This document shows, piece by piece, positions 26,195-41,569 of a stretch of 64,000 nucleotides of DNA. Below the pieces are notes generated by a model. It did not search any database and had not been told where the DNA came from. It worked only from the letters and a program-made list of their open reading frames with translations. Position 1 is the first letter of the stretch. Each line of letters begins with the position of its first letter. Position numbers and translations under genes: made by a program. The DNA comes from the human T2T-CHM13v2.0 reference genome, Homo sapiens, in NCBI RefSeq assembly GCF_009914755.1, contig NC_060932.1; one strand, 5' to 3'.

Positions 26195-27097
26195 AGCAGC
26201 ACAAACGGTTAGACTGGAAATAAAAATATGGCCTAGGATTTGTGATGCTCAAGTGATTCAGACTCATTTCTCCAATAGCTGTGGTTTTGAAATATACTAG
26301 ACTTATTGCTGATATATTACAGTTCATAGTGTTCTAATTCATTTTGCAGAAGTAATCCTGCCCAACTCGACCATTACTCTTTAAAGTAGAGCTTACATTT
26401 TGGTTCCATTTGAAATCACTCATTATTAAGTTCATAATACCTGATTTTATCAAATTATGCATATACAAAAGGTGTCCATGCCTATTTTGTGGACAAGAAC
26501 AAAGTAAGTGAAAACTCCCATGATAGGTAATGCTCATGTGTGATATAAAATGCACCTCCAACTTGCTGAAGCTTTCTCTTCCTTCATTGATGCGGTTTCT
26601 GTAATTCCACATATTCTTTCCTGAATAATTAAAAATGAGGATAATAAGGTCCCTTAGCTTCTTTACTCAGCATATAACAAAGTACACTTATTCTTTCATA
26701 TGTATAAAATCGATATTTAAAAAATCATATTCTTAGTCTTTATTCAATTTTGTGGATGCACTGCACATGTTAAACTTTTATCTTTTAGAGAGAGCATGGT
26801 TTGTATTTACTTAATTTGTTTCATATTAGTATATATTAATTTTGTTTTATATTCATAGGCTATTTATCATCAGTTAGGAGAATTTTGTTCCTACCTTTTC
26901 AGAAAAACCCCTAATATATGTTATATGCCTTGGGAAAAATATGTAATAAATCTAAAAATAATTACCACTTTGTAGTATTTCACAGTGAAATATTGATTAT
27001 TACTGAAATTATTATGCTGATATTAATCTTTTTCTTAATGTGTAACAATATTTCCACCTTTGTTAGTTTCATTTTGTGCATCAAAAGCAGGATTAAA

Positions 27098-27409
<312 letters not shown>

Positions 27410-28598
27410 TTAAAATGTTTAAACATTATCATGATGAAATGGTCACTAAAAACAATAATAACATAATTATATTGCCCTAAAATTATTTGGATTTAATGAG
27501 TTTTTTCCCGAAATAAAAAATTTCAGATAGATTTAAATGAGAGAAGCTAACCATTTAATGAAAGAGAGATATGAAAAAGGGCCTAAATTTAACTTTAATA
27601 CTGCTGATAAACAAATAAGTGTTATATTTCATAAATAATATCAGATTTTACAAATACTCTAATTTATTCTAACGTGATCATCATGCAAAGTGATATTTTA
27701 TTTATGTAGGTAACTGTTAATCAGCATCAGTTCAAACAATACAATAATTTGGTTTCTTCAGACTATAGTCACACATTCAGTACTTTCTCATTTTAAGTTA
27801 AACTATCACTAATCACGAGGGAACAAAGATGTGTCCAAATTTTGAAGGAACATGGGTGTCCCAAACCTCAGATAATGAATTTTAGCTTTCTCTGAAGAAA
27901 AGCCTTTCCTGTATGTAGTCTGGCAATATTCCAAGATTTCTTTTTAAAAGTAACTCCATATGTGTACTGAAAATAAGCTAGTGATGTTTTAAATCAACTG
28001 GAAAGAGAGGCTGTTCTTTTCAATATTTTTTTCCCGAGCAAAACTTTGAAGTGCAGCATTTGGGGATTATGAAGGTTTGGGTTACCTGCTGCATGAAGGC
28101 ATGGAAAATTATTTGAAAAAGTACTCTTTTTAAAAAATGTGCTTTAAACTTATGAAATATCACCTGTGGTTCAGAGAGGGTATGCAACTCAAGCATTTTT
28201 TTCAATCTAAAGAGAAAGAGTTAATTTTAAATTGAGATTATATTTTCCAAGTTTTCTATGGCTACAAGATTATAATCAAAAGTTTGCGGTTCACTTATTT
28301 CAAAGGCAGGGGATGATGGGGATGAGTAAATGCTATTAAATTAAAGAAAATGTGGGTAAATTTATAATGAGTTAGGCACTGTGAGCAAAGCTGAACCAAA
28401 GAATACAGCTCACAATACTCTAATGATTGTTTCACAACAGGCATTTTTTTTTATGTTCTCACAATCTCTTTTTATTTTTCAAAGATTTATATCAGTTTAT
28501 GACAGTATAACTACAAAAAAAGTATAGTCACCAAAGTAAACAATGACATACTCCTTGTCAAATCTTAGGGCCTATTTCCACACTCTTGGCCCTTATTT

Positions 28599-29491
28599 CT
28601 TTTATTTATTTATTTATTTATTAATTATTATTATACTTTAAGTTTTAGGGTACATGTGCACAGTGTGCAGGTTAGTTACATATGTATACAATGTATACAT
28701 GTGCCACGCTGGTGCGTTGCACCCACTAACTCATCATCTAGCATTAGTTATATCTCCCAGTGCTATCCCTCCCTCCTCCCCCCACCCTACAACAGTCCCC
28801 AGAGTGTGATGTTCCCCTTCCTGTGTCCATGTGTTCTTATTGTTCAATTCCCACCTATGAGTGAGAATATGCGGTGTTTGGTTTTTTGTTCTTGCGATAG
28901 TTTACTGAGAATGATGATTTCCAATTTCATCTATGTCCCTACAAAGGACATGAACTCATCATTTTTTATGGCTGCATAGTATTCCATGGTGTATATGTGC
29001 CACATTTTCTTAATCCAGTCTATCGTTGTTGGACATTTGGCTTGGTTCCAAGTCTTTGCTATTGCGAATAATGCTGCAATAAATATACGTGTGCATGTGT
29101 CTTTATAGCAGCATGATTTATAGTCCTTTGGGTATATACCCAGTAATGGGATGGCTGGGTCAAATGGTATTTCTAGTTCTAGATCCCTGAGGAATCGCCA
29201 CACTGACTTCCACAATGGTTGAACTGGTTTACAGTCCCACCAACAGTGTAAAAGTGTTCCTATTTCTCCACATCCTCTCCAGCACCTGTTGTTTCCTGAC
29301 TTTTTAATGATTGCCACTGGTGTGAAATGGTGTCTCATCGTGTTTTCGATTTGCATTTCTCTGATGGCCAGTGATGATGAGCATTTCTTCATGTGTTTTT
29401 TGGCTGCATAAATGTCTTCTTTTGAGAAGTGTCTGTTCATGTCCTTCGCCCACTTTTTGATGGGGTTGTTTGTTTTTTTCTTGTAAATTTG
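28599..29491 (-). mobile_element. 5'-truncated young L1PA (L1PA2/3-like), ~890 bp
   Basis: ttattatactttaagttttagggtacatgtgcac... The 3' UTR diagnostic reads GAG, so not L1HS-Ta ACA. Short TSD ttattt (28593-28598 / 29492-29497) at a TTTT/AA endonuclease site. Confidence 0.95.
28931..29440 (-). pseudogene. L1 ORF2p C-terminal fragment (cysteine-rich domain), non-functional
   Basis: [31 protein letters not shown]...[18 protein letters not shown]...[25 protein letters not shown]; no endonuclease or RT domains present. Confidence 0.95.
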
Positions 29492-30189
29492 TTATTTTAA
29501 GTGATTTCATTTCCAAATACATTCAACTTGTATGTATTTTCTTGTAATCTGTTTTGAATTTACTTGATGCATTCAAAGGCTTGATATCTATGAGTATGTG
29601 TGTAAAATGCACACAGACATACACATACATATATATATATAGATTACATTGGCAATATTTTAGCTAGAAAAAAAGTTGCTAGTATTGCTAAATTTGTATT
29701 ATGTAACTATAAAGTAAAATGCATTTGAATAAGCATACTTTTTTGGAAAGCAAAGAAACTGTAATAATACATGTCTGATTTACATCTTGAGAGATATTTT
29801 TACCTACGATATCACAGACACACCCGCTACAATGAGATACTGTCAACTAGCATTTTGAAAGTTTTGAATGCCTAGTTAAATATTCACTTTAGTATGCAAA
29901 ATATTTGATAATAATCAAACAGGAAGATGGTTAAATCTTCTATTTACAGCGATATTTCCATGATTTTAAAATATCAAAGGTTATGATATTTATCAACATA
30001 AATAGCAATTTTATCAAAAGTCATACTTCATTAAAGATATAAAGAAATTTCTTTAGACACTCACTTCCAAATTAAGTTAACTTTTATAAATAGGTGTGTT
30101 AGTTTTAATTTTTACAATTTAAACGTAAATGTAGTATGGTTTATAACTTACTGTAAACCTATAACTTTCACTAGAATATATGTTTTATT

Positions 30190-31192
30190 AAATGAAGAAA
30201 TATTCACTATCTGTGTCTTCCAGGGAGCAGACGCTGTGCTAAGGGCTGAGGAGCCAGTGAAACTGAAATATAGTACATATTTGTATTGATAAGAGTTAAG
30301 GAGAAAAAATAATGCAGAGAAGGAGATTATAATACTTTGAGTGTGTTGTATGTGGTGGGTTGTTGAAATTTTTATATAGAGGCTAGAAAGCATCTCTGAA
30401 GTGACTTTTGAGGAAAGGAAAGGGCTACGGGGCTTAGAAAAGTGGACATTGTAGGTATTGGGAGTTGGAGTGTTCCCATCCAAGCCTGACACACAAGAAT
30501 GTCTCTGTTGTGTTCTGTGAACAATGAGGAGGGCAATGTCACTGTAGCTTAATGAAAAACAGTGAAGGAAGTTATAGGAGATTTCTGACAGTTATGAGGT
30601 CAAGATCAGGTAGGACCTTGAAGGCCATAAAATAACTTTGGATTTTAAATAGAGGGAGTTGGAGGATTTTGAGTAGAGGAGTGACATAATGTGAACAAGG
30701 TTTCAGCAGATGACTCCTGTTAGAACAGACTGTAAGTGGGCAAGGGTGGTGGCAGCAAGGCCATTTGGGAGCCCATTGCAACAATCAGGGCAGAGGTGAT
30801 GTTTTCTTGAACAGTGGATTGTGACAGTGGTGATGACAGTGGATGTGACAGATATTAGGAAGTGGCTGATATAGTATTTCGAAAGCAGAGCCAACAGGGT
30901 TGGATATAAAGTATTATGTGGAATATAAGATAAAAAGAGGAGTCAAGATGGGCAGATGAGGTTGGAAGGATGAGGTAGTCATTGACTGTGACAGAGATGA
31001 CTGTTAGAGCAGAAGGTTTGGGCAGAAAACATTTGGAATTCCGATTTGGACACTCTATTAATAGTAGGCAATTGTTTACACAAGACTAGAGTCAATGTGG
31101 AAGCCCAGAAGCCCAGTTTTAGGATATACATTTGAAAGTCATTAGAATATAGATTGTATTTAAAACCCGTAAACTAAATGAGATCACCCAAT
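30190..31192 (-). mobile_element. L2a fragment, ~1 kb
   Basis: gtaggaccttgaaggcca...ggaggattttgagtagaggagtgacataat...cattagaatatagattgtatttaaaacc...aatgagatcaccca. Confidence 0.8.
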
Positions 31193-31286
31193 GAAATATG
31201 CAATTACTGACAGATAAATATGCAATTCTTTATTATAAAATAAGCATAGTCCTTGTTACTTTCTTTCTATATGTTGCAACTATAAT

Positions 31287-31321
<35 letters not shown>

Positions 31322-31419
31322 CATAAAACTTAGTAGACAAAACTAGACGATGCCATCTCAAGAAAAAAATAGGAAGATGTTGACAAGAAAAGAAAAGGAG
31401 AACTGGTAGAATTGCTACA

Positions 31420-32030
31420 AATAATCCCAAGAGCAATTTACTACTGTGTATATAGCTGAAAATGTGTATGCCCAATGACTCAAAATGTCCACGTATGGAC
31501 ATAAGAAAATGTTATAAATTTTATCATATATCCTCAAAATACTTACATTAGAATTTTTGTTAAACCACTGCAACTCACTATCTAGCAGAAGAGAAATGGA
31601 AGAATACAGGTTGCCATATCTGAACAATGGAATATTACACAACTGCCAACTATATAAACTAGAACTATATAAATCAACATAGATTGGCAAACAGACATAA
31701 CATTGAGTCAACAAGCAAAGTGTGTATATATTATATAGTTTTTAAAATATTTTACATCAATTAAAAAGAAAAATATGTTATGATATATATATATACATAT
31801 ATACACCTTACTAAATATAAAAGCATTCATAGCTTCAAACATCATTATAATTATTGTTACTGGGGCATAACACTGGAAAGAGGAACATAGATGATTACAA
31901 TATTATTTATATTGATTCATTTCTCAAAAATATATAAAATAATATGATGCAAGTATAACAGAATATTTTTATTTCTTCTTTTTGGGTATGTTATCCTATG
32001 TTCTTTTCTATATTATTTTATCTTTTTGAA
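31420..32030 (+). mobile_element. Ancient L1ME-type 3' fragment
   Basis: acaatggaatattacacaactg...aactagaactatataaatcaacatagat...ataacattgagtcaacaagcaa. Confidence 0.5.
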
Positions 32031-32849
32031 GAGATTATGAAATTGTGTGTTTGTGCATGTGGATGTGTGAAAATTGGATTAGGAACTCTCCCAGATTTTG
32101 AGTCATTATGCTACAGAGCTAGATTGCTACTAGAACTATTAGATCAATTGTAGTACACTTGGCTCTTAGTAAAATATTTTACTAAACTCTATTATTAACT
32201 TCTCTCAATGGAAAAGAATTCTCCTTCTGCTAGTTTCCATAGTCGAATATAAAATTATAGCATTACACAACCCAAATGCAAAGGATGGAAACAAGCTACC
32301 TCTTAAAATAAAAACACCCCTCCTCCTCCAACTCTGGAAACTGACATAATCATCATGGGGAGAAAACTCACAAACAACAGATGCTGTGGTTCACTTTTCA
32401 CTTGTTGACACTAAACAAGAACACCTCTGAGATTCCACAGCCAGTGTTTATGGATCACAGTTGAAATGGTAAGATGGTATATTCTGGTACTGTACTTCTA
32501 AATATTTTATGATAGAAGGCATTTATGACAGAGAATCATTTTACTCACAAAATGTTAGGTCTCCTCTAGTATTTTCTTTATTTTAACTAGAAAGAATACT
32601 ACACCTTTAACCTGTACTGAGATGAAAAATAATAAACGTGTAGTGACGCAGAAGAATTTTATGAAAAGTAAATGATTTCATTTTCAGAGAGGTAAATGTT
32701 CAATAAAACATGTGGGATATGATTAATTTTTAGTATTGCACATAGTAAGATTCTCAAAATATAGTTCATTAACATAATTAACAAATATGAAAAATCTTCA
32801 AATTTGGTAATTTGAATATTAGAAATATGTTTAAAAATTCTATATTACA

Positions 32850-33205
<356 letters not shown>

Positions 33206-33419
33206 TTAAAACCATTTCTGGAACTTATGTTAATTTTCCATTAGGTCTAATTAGATTGCATTACAGATACTTTCATATTTACATGAAATAAATTACTTCT
33301 CTAGCTTCTTTAATTCTTCATAGCCAACTTGCAAATGCCTGCTGTTGATTACAAGGATGTGAGACAGTAAAAGTTTACATTGCAGTGACTTTTTCTTTTA
33401 CATGAATCAAAACAGTGCA

Positions 33420-33600
33420 TTTACTGAGCATGTGAGCTATGCACATTGCCTAGGTTCAAATTCTTTAATTTCTCATTTTCCCTGCCTTTAAACAAGGCTA
33501 ATTATTTTGTGATATTTCAGTGGGATAATACATAAAAGTATTAGGTGTTTGGCACCTGGTAAGCACTTAGATCTCATCTATCAACAGCTTAATTATTATT
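33420..33600 (+). mobile_element. MIR SINE, degenerate
   Basis: tttctcattttccctgcctttaaacaaggctaatt...tttggcacctggtaagcactt. Confidence 0.45.
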
Positions 33601-33639
33601 GGGTATTTTCTGTTGCTGAAAAGGAGCTCGTTTTCTAAA

Positions 33640-34100
33640 TAGTCTCTGGTTTCTCAGCATGCACCTTGGACCCACTTCAATCGATTTTCCTTATTTAACA
33701 GTTATTTAGATCATTTAGAAAAATCACACCTGATTAAGTCCCTTCTGTAATTAAAACCCTGAAGAATTTTCAATTACTTTTAGGGCACAGACCAAAAATC
33801 CTTAACATACTCTTTAAGGTCCTGCATAACATGGCCCTGCCTTCCTCAACCAGCCTCATCCTCATAATTTTTCCCACTGCTTTCACCTTCCAGTCACACA
33901 TTGTCCTCTTTAAGGTCCTCAAAAATCATCAAACTTCTCCCTACTTTAGGACAATCACATACACATGCAACCCTTCTCCCCAGTTAATTCCCACCTGCAC
34001 TTTAGATCCATCTTCTAAATACGATTTCTGTGAATCTTCCTGACAATCCATGACAGCTCCTGCTCAGGTCAGCACTGCTCTATAATACCCACTTCTTATT
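33640..34100 (+). mobile_element. L2 fragment
   Basis: taaaaccctgaagaattttcaattacttttagggcacagaccaaaaatccttaacatactctttaaggtcctgcataacatggccctgcc. Confidence 0.7.
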
Positions 34101-34829
34101 TTTTCTTTGTGGTTAGTTTTATTGTGAGATAGTATTTTAATATATTAACAAAATGAGTTTTCCACATAGAAAGTATATGATGAGTTACAGCAAGCCTCAT
34201 TACACGCCCTCCAATTACCCATGACTATATAAAGTTCTCCTAGACTGGAGTGAGGAGAGGGGGAATCCTAGAGGAAACAAGAGAGCACAGAACTTATTGG
34301 TTCCCACAGAGAAGGTAGGTGGGGAGAGCAGGCAACAGGAAGAGCACAAAGTTTTGGAACTTTAAGAGTTTAGGAAATTTAGGAGCTTATAAACCTACTA
34401 GGCCTATAGATGAAGTCGCAGAAGTAGTCAAATCCTCAAGTATCTCACCCTACAGCGTGTTGTGTAAGTAGGAGAAAAGGCCCAATGATGTTTCTCGATG
34501 TTTGACTCTGAAACATCAGAATTCTTTGCAGTCCTAGAAAATTGCGGGTAAATTTCAAACAATTTTCAGCAAAGGTGGGCATAAATTGTGAAAAACCTCT
34601 GTTATCATCACCACTATGTCAATGATATTGGCCACCATGTCTGGGTTGAGTACCAAGCAATCTCCAAAACTTGGGCAAATCCTCAGAGAAAATGTTTCCA
34701 CTAATAAATTAGGGGCCATAATACAGTTGAAATTCAAATATAAGAAGATAATACAGTTAACTTTTTTACAATATAGATTTATTGAATACATTTGTTTTGG
34801 CTCTTTAAAATTATTTAACTCCATGATAC

Positions 34830-34960
34830 ACTCTAAGCTCTGTAAAGATAGGAATTTTGTCTCTCTTATGCATCTACCTTCAGAACTCAGTACAAACTTT
34901 GGCACAATAAATGAATACATATTATAGGCTTGGATAAATAGGTGATGATGAATGAATGAA
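34830..34960 (+). mobile_element. L2 3' end
   Basis: ctctaagctctgtaaagataggaattttgtct...ttggcacaataaatga...gaatgaatgaa. Confidence 0.6.
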
Positions 34961-35084
34961 AAGTGCAAGGCCTACTGGTTGTAGATCACAGGCAATATCT
35001 TATGGGATATATATTTGATTAAAAACTTAGATATACTAAAAAGATTACTAGGCTTATTGGCAAAGATGTTGCCTCCTGAGGCTA

Positions 35085-35190
35085 GACCACTTAACTCATC
35101 TGGTCCCCAGTTCTCACATTGGTAAAATGGGGGTAATAACACTTAAATTGCTTAGTGTTCTGAGATTTAATATGAAATAATGTTTGTACA
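35085..35190 (+). mobile_element. MIR fragment
   Basis: ccacttaactcatctggtccccagttctcacattggtaaaatgggggtaataacac. Confidence 0.65.
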
Positions 35191-35624
35191 CGTATTAGGC
35201 CATTTTTGCATCACTATAAAGAAATGCCTGAGGATGGGTAATTTATAATGAAAAGAGGTTTAATTGGCTCACAGCTCTGCAGGCTGTATAAGCATAGCTC
35301 CAGCATTTGCTGGGCTTCAGCAGATGGGGTAAGGGCTTCAGGAAGCTTACAATCATGAAGGAAGGCAAAGCAGGGGCAGGCACATTGCACAGTTGAGAGC
35401 AGGAGCAAGAGAGCAAAGAGGGGGATTTTTAACAACCAAACCTTGCATGAACTAAGTTGAGCTAGAACCCACTTATCACTGAAGGGTTGGTCTTAAGTCA
35501 TTCTTGATGAATCTGCCCTCATGATTCAATCACCAGGCCCCATCCCCCAACACGCCCCATCTCCAACACTGGGAATCACATTTCAACACGAGATTTGCGG
35601 GGAACAAACATCCAGACCATATCA
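35191..35624 (-). mobile_element. MSTB-type MaLR solo LTR
   Basis: gtattaggccatttttgcatcactataaagaaatgcctgagg...ggaacaaacatccagaccatatca. TSD gtaca / gcaca. Confidence 0.9.
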
Positions 35625-35851
35625 GCACACTGTAGATGGAGTTTATTTTTTAAGCTCTTTTTTTTTCTTTTAAAGAATATTTTTTTCTAAGCTACTCTGA
35701 AATCAGAAAACATATCTTGACTTTATACTGTAGGAAATAAAACAACACATAATTTATGGATTAATATTTAGAGAATCATTCTTTTCTGAGTCAATGGATT
35801 TTTGCAGACATTAAAAAAAAGTTTGGCAATCAGATTACCTGACTTAGCTAC

Positions 35852-36251
35852 TGTTAGGAATTGAATTGTGCTCCCCCAAAATTCATATGTTGAAGCCTTA
35901 ACTTCTGTATTTCAGATTGTGACTGTATTTCAATATAGGACCATTAAAGAGATAATTAAGTTAAAATGAGGCCATTAGGGTAGGCCCTAAGTCAACATAA
36001 CTTTTGTCCTTATAGGAAGAGGAGATTAGGACATCAAGAGACACCAAGAGTAACCATGTACAGAGAAAAACATCATATGAAGACACAGCAAGAAGGTGGC
36101 CATCTGTAAGCCAAAGAGAGGCCTCAGAAGAAACCAAATCTGCTAACACAATCATGGACTTTCAGCCTCCAGGACTGTGTGAAAATAAATTTCTGCTGTT
36201 TAAGCCACCCCAGTGTCTGGAATTCTATGGCAGCCCTAGCAAATAAATACA
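35852..36251 (+). mobile_element. MLT1B-type MaLR solo LTR
   Basis: tgttaggaattgaattgtgctcccccaaaattcatatgttgaagcc...atggcagccctagcaaataaataca. TSD gctac / actac. Confidence 0.9.
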
Positions 36252-36349
36252 ACTACTATCAGTATTATTTGTCTTTTTATATTACTCTACAGTGTCAAGC
36301 CAAATTTAATTTTTAAAATAATGATATCTCATATCCACTTAAGCTAAAT

Positions 36350-37092
36350 AGGGCCCAGGATTTCATTCTTGGGTATATATCTAAGAAAAATGTATGCTGA
36401 TATTCACTATAAATATATTCATACCAGCTTTATTCATAATAGCCCCAAACTGGAAACAACTGAAATGCCCATCATGAAATAGGATAAATAAATTGTGGTA
36501 TGTTCACACAGTGGAATATAATACAGCTCTAATGGAAAAACAAAAGCTGATACATGAAAGAAACAGGATGAATCTCAAAATAGATTTTTTAAATTTTTTT
36601 AACTTTTGTGGGTAATAGTTGGTATGTGCATTTATGGGGTACATGAGATATTTTGATACAGGCATATAAAGTGTAATGGTCACATCAGGGTAAATGGGTA
36701 AATGGGGAATCAATTGCCTCAAGTATTTATCCTTTCCTTGTGTTACAAGCAATTCAATTATACTCTTTTAGTTAATTTAAGATGTACAAGAAATAAAATT
36801 TTGATTGAAGGAAACTAGACACAACACAATAGATGTCACATGTATTTATTTAAATTATCTTCAGAAACAACACCAACTAATTTATTATGATACAAGTCAG
36901 AATAATGATTACACTGGGTAGGTGGTTACTGAGTGGAAGAAGGGGCATAAGAGGTGAACGTGCTGGAAATTTTCTGCATATGATCTGGTTCATAGTTACA
37001 TGAGTGACAATGTAAGTTTTTTTTTTTCAATCGTGTAGCTGAACATTTAATATTAGCATGATTTATGCATGCTATATCTCATTTTAAAAAGA
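36350..37092 (+). mobile_element. L1MD/ME-type 3' fragment interrupted by an antisense L1MA
   Basis: cagctttattcataatagccccaaactggaaacaactgaaatgccc...aaattgtggtatgttcacacagtggaata...tgctatatctcattttaaaaa. Confidence 0.75.
36589..36790 (-). mobile_element. Nested L1MA 3' end fragment
   Basis: ttttgtgggtaatagttggtatgtgcatttatggggtacatgagatattttgatacaggcat...tgttacaagcaattcaattatactcttttagtta; flanks aaatagatttt / aaataaaatttt. Confidence 0.8.
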
Positions 37093-37384
37093 AAAAGTCA
37101 CCCATTTAATTCTATTTTAAAAATGTACATATTCCATGATAAATAGGTGACTGTGCTTACATCCCATCTCTAGAACTGCTTTAATCTGGGATTTTTAATT
37201 TGGGTAGGAACCTGAAAGGCATACATTTTGCTTAGGTAGCACTTTCTTGAAAATGATACCAGTTTTTAAAGTTTGGTAGATCTTCCCTAAACACCTGATC
37301 TTTCACATTCTTTCCTTGCACCTGTTGCTCCCAAATTGCACAAGATGTACTCTTAGTCCGTCCTCTCCTCCCGACCCTTACCAC

Positions 37385-37578
37385 CAAGGTGGAAAATTAC
37401 TTGTTTTCTAGCGACTGTTCAAATGTCACTTCAGAGTCCTCTTTCTATATCCGTAGGCAGTGTGTTAGCTCTGTATATTCTTAAAATTCACATAGTGTAT
37501 TGTAATATGTTTGTATGTGTGTCTCCTGTACACAAAAGATTCCCAAATTGTTTATTGAATGAATGAATGAATGAATGG
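37385..37578 (+). mobile_element. L2 3' end with (GAAT)n tail
   Basis: gttcaaatgtcacttc...tgtgtctcctgt...ttattgaatgaatgaatgaatgaatg. Confidence 0.55.
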
Positions 37579-40500
37579 AATAAATTGCATATGGAGTCAA
37601 CCATAGGGTAAGAACGGGGTTGCTCTTTGAATTATGTAAGAGAACTTTATTATTATTATTATTTTATCAGGAATGAGCTATCCTTGTTATTGCTCACATG
37701 GTAATTTGTACATTTCCTCTGATAGCTTGAATAAAAGTATAATTTATATGTCAATCTCTGCTACATGCTATAAAATGCCACAAGTGCAGCACTGTGCTTT
37801 ATTTATTCTTATTTTCCCATTACTGCACTTAGTTCTATTATAGGTGGTAGCTGGCACTTCATGAATATTTGTTATGTGATTATGAATCAATGAATTTAGA
37901 AGCAGTCAGTTAAACAATGAATGCGAAATCTGTCATACTTACCCATTCATGAAATTTACCATACTATCAGTTAACATTTTCTGAGCTGAGTTGAAATTTT
38001 CTGGAAGTCTTTACTACCAGAGTACAATTTGCATCAGAACAATGTAAAAGCCACTTAATGGACACCAAAAATTTTCTAGTAAATACTGACAAAAAGTTTA
38101 ATTGGAAACTAGTTTTGAAAAATAAAATCAAAATTATAAAAATGAGTTTACTTAGCCTTGTATTTAACAAAAATTTTCAATGCCAAGTCTTAGAATAAAG
38201 AATTAATAAGACATTGATTTGAAAATATATAGGTCTTTCCTAATTAAATTGTATAAAGTACTATTTTTTATTTGAGTGTGACTTTGAAGATAATAATAAA
38301 TTAAGTCATTTAAAGAATATTAAAGGGCTTTATTAATTTCCTCAATTATCTCCTTTGAGAGCTATCTCTTATCCTTTTCCTAATTTTCTTGTATATTAAC
38401 CAGTATAAATAAGTCAGATTTTTATTTGTGAATGATTTAATCTCTAATCTGAACTGCCCTTCCAACATTATTCATCACCTGCAAGAAATTCTACAACATT
38501 TTCAAGGTTTATGATTTAAATTGCTGGACAACCTCTCCAGAAACTTTAGGAATACACTCTTTTTAAGTGTATACACTGTCTTCATAGTGTGTTCCTAGAG
38601 TTTCTGCAGACGTTGTCCAGAAAGTATAAGACTTCAATATAATGGATGCAGTAAGTTATTTTAAAAAGACAGCAAAGTTTGAATGATCAATCTTATAAAA
38701 ATCCTGTTAGCAAAAATGATTTCATAATGACTAGGTTTGCTACTCTTTGCAACCTCGTAACTCTGGACAAAAATTGTAATATATTTTCATATATTAAATA
38801 TTTACATGAAAAGAATATAGCATAAAAGCGTAAAGTACAAGTAAGAAAATGTGTGCTGTGCATGTGTGTGTTATTTAATGTTTATTAATTTCTCACTAAT
38901 TTCAATCGGTACTCTATATTCTTTACATACATCATAATTTTTAGAACAAATATGTAAGAGGTAATTTTATCACATTATGCAGAAAAAAAAAAAGAAAAAC
39001 TTACATCCCGTAAGATTACAGACCTAGCTCAAGGGATAGAAACAGGATTGAAACCAGAATTCTGAATTGACACAAAAATGTATAGATATCCTTTTATTCT
39101 TTCGATTGCTCAAGCAAAGCCTCTCTCACACCAGTTTCAATTGATGAGGTTTTAGGAAGTTGGGATAAGCAACCTCAGGAAACTTTCTATCTCTAGAATG
39201 CTTAATAATAAATGATGTTCAATGGAACTATTAGTTTTTATAATTAAAGAATAATTCTAATTTTTTTCTCAACGTAAACCACAAATTTCCATTTTTAGTA
39301 TCTAAACAGTTTAGAAACCCCTTTTCCACAGGACAGTAATGAATACCTCTTAAGATGCAGTTTGGAAAATACTGGCTAAAAACAGCATGTCATCCTTAAA
39401 TCGTTTTACTCTTCCTCTTTCATGAGTCACTCATTTGGAATATAAATGTATTCAAAATAAACTTGATTGTTCATTTCCTGTTTATTTATCTAAAACAAAT
39501 AGATAATTATTTTCTTCATATAATGAATTTTCTTCTATATTATTAAAACAAATTCATCCTTAAAACAGACTTGTACTAAAAATTTTTACAGAAGTCAAAG
39601 GAAAATTGAAATGATATTCAATAAATTCAGTCTGATTGCAACAGTTTCCTCGAAGCATGAAAGCTATAGGAACGTTTATAAAAATGTTTTCTTTCTATTC
39701 AGGCAAAATGTAATAGCAAGAAATATTTCTTAAGTGTAATAAAAGTAAATTTAAGTTTGCCTACCTTAGAATGGTTAAACAAAAAAAAATACCATGATGT
39801 CAATGTCCACTCTTTTACAAGACGTTGTCTTTACAGCCACTGTGATCTCCGGTGCCAAACATAACCCTAAGATAGACTCTCTAAAATTTGTGTCCAATAT
39901 ATTAGAAACAAACCACATTTACAGTCTAAAAGAAAAGTAAATTCATCCATTTTGTTCTAAAATAGAACAATTATCTGGAAATACCTGAATGTCTATTTTA
40001 AAATATAATCTCAAAATTAGGATGTGACAGATAAAAAGAGTTACATATTTCATCAAGCTTTAGTATCTTCACAATTTCATTCAAGTTTGAGCTAACTCTG
40101 TAGAAAGTGAAACAAGCTTACTATATATATCTCATTTCCAGATTAGACAGAAATTTCAATAAAACAAAGTAATACAATATATGTAGGAAAGCACATTGGC
40201 TACCCCTTCATTTTTCTGCCTCCTCTCTGTGGTACCAGGAAGTGGTATAAAGCCCTATAAAAACATAGCATAGCTGGTGAAACTAATAGGTTGATGTAAG
40301 TGGAAATTCAATATAAGCAGGCTTGACAAATGTGGGGAAATTTAACATTGAGCCTGTGGGATTTGGGGCTAGACTTTTAAATTTGATTGATAGGTTTAAG
40401 AATTTTATATATATGGATTCAATACAAGTGGGTATCATGGTATCATAAAAGCAATGTTATCAACTAAAAAAGTTACAAACTGTGTCTCCTAGGCATTGGA

Positions 40501-41266
40501 TATGTGATGTCTTTTTAGCTACTAAAGTTAACTGTTGGAATTGACTTGTTTTTACCTAGTTTTGATGTGCTTTTTGCAATTTAACATATTTCTTGAGCTT
40601 CTTCTTAGAAGCCCATTTTTTTTTTTTTTTTGGTCCAATTGGCATTTGGCGATGTCGCCTGAAGGCAGTATTTTGCATAACTTTTTGTTTGATTAAAGTT
40701 TTGTTTTTAAGTGCCATTTTAGAATTCAGTTAAATAAAACGTTTTTTAATTTAGTTTCCTAAGGAAACTTTATTCAAACCTTGTATACATTCTTGCAGAT
40801 ATTCTCATCCTCAATTTAATGGAAAGAAAAACCGCCTCTAAACTACGTTAACAAAAGCAACATCTTAAATGAGGATAGTTTTCTTTTTCGTCACCATCTT
40901 GGGAAATATCCACAAATACTTTGAAATTTTAAGGGCAGAAACTATTAAAAAACAAAGTTAATAGCCATGAATGTGGCTTCAAACTGCAACTTAAAATGTT
41001 AAAACAAAGATCCTAATGCCACTTAATCCTTTAGTTATCTACACTTTATAAACATATGAATATACAAGAGATAGTGTTAAGTTTGTGATATAATTTTCTA
41101 TTATAGCAAATTGTTTCTATGAAAATGGTTTAGTATTTCCTACTAAGTAATATGAATTAATGAATGCCAGTAATGGTAAAATATGTTGGAAGTGGTGGAT
41201 TCTGAATAATTTTTCTCAATGCAACACATAAATTAAAAAAAAATGATTAGTTAATCTAGTTCAATA

Positions 41267-41569
41267 TTTTTTTCTTTTTCTTTTTTTGAGACAGGATCTC
41301 ACTCTGTCATCCAGGCTGGAGTGCAGTGGTGTGATCTTGGCTCACTGCAGCCTTGAACTCGCGAGTTCAAGCTATTCTCATGTCTCAGCCTCCCGAGTAG
41401 CTGGGATTACAGGAACAGGGGATCACTCTAGGCTAATTTTTGTATTTTTAGTAGAGATGGGATTTTGCCATGCTGGCCAGGCTGGTCTCGAACTCCTGAC
41501 CCCAAGAAATCCACCTACCTCAGCCTCCTAAACTGCTAGGATTACAGGCATGAGCCACCATGGCTGGCC
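41267..41569 (-). mobile_element. AluJ-type, full length
   Basis: tttgagacaggatctcactctgtc...cactgcagccttgaactc...gagccaccatggctggcc. Confidence 0.93.
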